DNA of 64,000 nt from Centroscyllium fabricii (taxonomy: Eukaryota), in assembly GCA_051313645.2 (NCBI GenBank), contig JBNRSN020000354.1:1-64000 (forward strand). Direction: 5' to 3'. The stretch's first letter is position 1. Each line of letters opens with the position of its first letter. The translations under genes were made by a program, and so were the position numbers. The notes under the pieces were generated by a model that was not told the origin of the DNA, did not search any database, and was given only the letters and a program-made list of their open reading frames with translations. This document shows, in pieces, positions 61,578 through 64,000 of this stretch.

Positions 61578-62310
61578 GGGCTAGAAATTGGCTGCCGTGC
61601 GCCTGCCCGTTAGCGCCGGGCGCTAATGGTGCGCAAGACAATTAGCGCCTGCGCTTGCGCCTCCCACGGTATTCAGTGGGACGCTAAGGTGGGCGGTAAC
61701 CGGTAGCGCCCCACTGAATATTTTGCGCGCTCGCCGACGGGGATGACATCATCAGTGCGCGCAGCGCCTGTGACTGAAATTGGGCAGCGCCTGGAGTTTT
61801 CGGCGGGCACTGCCCGCGACAGCTTTTTCCAGCCGTAAGAGCAGCGGGGGAGCGCTGCTTAAAGGGGAGGGTGCCGGTCGGCCATTTTGATTGCTGGCCG
61901 ACTGCCAGCACCTGCCCCCTCTGCCGCCCCCGGTGCTCCCCCCGCGGTGTCAGGCCTCCGACCACTGAGCCCGGCACCTCCCTCCAGTGCCGGGCCCCTG
62001 CTGCTGAATGTCGTCCCATGGCGGCCCTCCGGCCGCAGCCGTGCGAGGCCCCTCCCCTTTAATCGGGGATGAAGGCCTGCAGTACCGCGGGCCGCCACTC
62101 TGCGCTGCATGGCGCAGCGACCCCCAGCGCCCGGAACTTCGGCCGTAGCGCCTGAAGAGCGAGGGCGGGCGCCTGTTTTAGCGCCCGCCCTCCTACTATG
62201 GGCGCTACAGCCGAATTTCAGCGCCAACGACGCCAGCAATCAGCTGTCGCTAAAAATAGCGCTGCACCCAGGTTCGCGCCAGAAAACGTGCGCTAGCCAA
62301 TTTTTCCCCC
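61578..62310. mobile_element. GC/CpG-rich non-autonomous TIR element (Harbinger-like)
   Basis: Ends GGGCTAGAAATTGGCT / AGCCAATTTTTTCCCCC; sub-terminal GCGCC repeats. Confidence 0.6.
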
Positions 62311-62749
62311 AAACAATTTAAAACCAAATATCCAAGTTAATTCTCACAAGTTCCTCATTACAATCTTTGGTCAATCTATCGTGCTGTTTAATGATCACAT
62401 TGCGCTTTCACTAGGTACACAGAATACAGCAATGAGCATGTAACAACTTAAAGCCTAATGATGCAAATGTTTCAGTGCACCTGGCTAATGACCACAAGCC
62501 TCAGGTTAACCCCTAGCCTTGGGCACTATTCATACTGTAGCTTTACTAAAGATGGTAAGTGCCCAATTTCTACCAGGGCAAAAGAAAAAACATGCCAATG
62601 TTTCCATCCTGGGTTACATTTCAGGGACAACTCCAGAAGCTAGTCAAAGTGGCACTGCTGAAAGGCACAACGATGTCTGCATCACTCAGCTTGCCCTTCT
62701 TAACCAACCCAAGGCAGCGGTCCATGTTGGGACATGTCTCCTTGCTGTA

Positions 62750-63060
62750 CTCCAAGTATGAAAATCTCCACATCATCGTTCGAGCAAACGGAGATGAGGA
62801 GAAACTTCTTCACTCAGAGGATGGTAAATCTGTGGAATTTGCTACCCCAGAGAGCTGTGGAAGCTACAACATTAAATAAATTTAATACAGAGATAGACAG
62901 TTTCCTCAAAGTAAAGGGAATTAGGGGTTACGGGGAGCGGGCAGGGAAGTGGACGTGAGGCTAGGTTCGGATCGGCCATGGTCCTGTGGGTGGCGGAGCG
63001 GGCCCGGGGGCCGTGTGGCCTGGTCCTGCTCCTATTTCTTGTGTTCTAATTCTATGTTAG
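62750..63060 (+). mobile_element. CR1 3' fragment
   Basis: TEMRRNFFTQRMVNLWNLLPQRAVEA..KGIRGYGERAGKW; CCTGCTCCTATTTCTTGTGTTCT tail. Confidence 0.85.
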
Positions 63061-63235
63061 ATGTCAGGAGATGGTTCTTTTCACAGGGAGTAGTGGAGAC
63101 CTCGGGAACAGGCTGCCAGCTAGGGCAGTGGATGCTGATTCGCTGGATTCCTTCAAGAGTAAATTGAGCCTGTTCCTGGCTGGGGTGGAGATCACCTCTT
63201 ACAGAAGGTAGGTTCTGCAGGAAATTCAGGGCCAG

Positions 63236-64000
63236 TGTAAGGAGCGTGCGCCGTATATTTTACTGTACGACTTGGGGTCCGTTACTGCCTTGCGCTAGCA
63301 GTCCGCTAGGCCTCGCGCAATAACCTCCTCCCCCGCGAGCGGTTCGAATCGCTCACTCTTTACGGTTCTAGACGCTGGACTTAGGTGCAGGAAGAGAGAG
63401 AGAGATGGAGATGGATGCCGATTGGACTCAGACTATTGACTCGAATAAAAGTTTGTAAAGTTGGAAGGTTTTTATTACACCAAGAGATATATTTACATCA
63501 GTCAGGATAAAGGTTTATTACACCAAGAGATATATTTACAGCAGTTAGGTTGTATTTTCTCGGGTCAACACAGTATGGAACACCAACAATTGTTCCCAAA
63601 TAGATATATATACATATGCACATACACAAACAACTCATAGGATGGGGAACGCACGACACATCGTAAATCGGGGCAATGACTCTAAAATTACACCCCAAAC
63701 GAACCACCCTTCCCTCTATTGCCTAGCTATGTCCAGGTGTGTAGGATCAATGCACATGCTCACCACTCGGTAATACTCGGGTTCTGCTACAAAGTCCCTC
63801 GTTTCTTCGGCTGCAGCGTCGGTCGTCACGTGGCTGTGGAAGATTCGGGAGTCCACTCGTTGTTTTCTCCCTTTGGGCGGCGGTCGCTCCTGCTCGGGCT
63901 GGTCCCGGACGGATTCCTCGAGGCTGCTCTACCTTCTCACACCAACCGCACCGTCTCCCTGGCTGAACCGGACCCTGGGGTATGCCGATCCTGCCCTCTC
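63236..64000. mobile_element. Probable LTR (TGTAAGG start), truncated by the window end
   Basis: Abrupt CpG-rich sequence beginning TGTAAGGAGCG, TTTATT signals and a 30-bp direct repeat (AAGGTTTATTACACCAAGAGATATATTTACA at about 63465 and 63510). No coding evidence in the window. Confidence 0.45.

Noticed and set aside
61578-62310. CpG island suggesting a gene promoter
   Set aside because: It is bounded by inverted termini and lies in a CERS intron, so a transposon explains it better.
54047-64000. Next upstream CERS exon (expected AAK.ANYAK..RL..YPFW)
   Set aside because: Not found by eye; it probably lies beyond the window end.

Overview
Vertebrate genomic DNA, almost certainly a cartilaginous fish (shark/ray), judged from its repeat content: HER1-type CR1 LINEs, an HE1 V-SINE, a SacSINE1-like DeuSINE and shark-type Penelope ends. 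Two convergent host genes are visible. COX14 (+) has its whole CDS in one exon at 21443-21607; a probable non-coding exon 1 lies near 2170-2249, which would make an ~18.4 kb 51/52-bp satellite most of intron 1. The 3' part of a CERS5/6-type ceramide synthase, most likely CERS5, is on the - strand: penultimate exon 53890-54046, last coding exon 37094-37255, and a possibly ~8.7 kb 3' UTR. The last CERS intron holds a 24-nt frame-preserving microexon (SGKWDLLL) with two downstream RBFOX motifs, a candidate 38-nt stop-containing exon that would give a KxKxx C-terminus, and a full-length but decayed CsRn1-type Gypsy LTR element (tRNA-Trp PBS, ACAC TSD). Several Penelope-derived ends carry minimal hammerhead-ribozyme motifs. 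No prokaryotic-type system (CRISPR etc.) is supported. All calls were made by eye; repeat boundaries are approximate to tens of bp.
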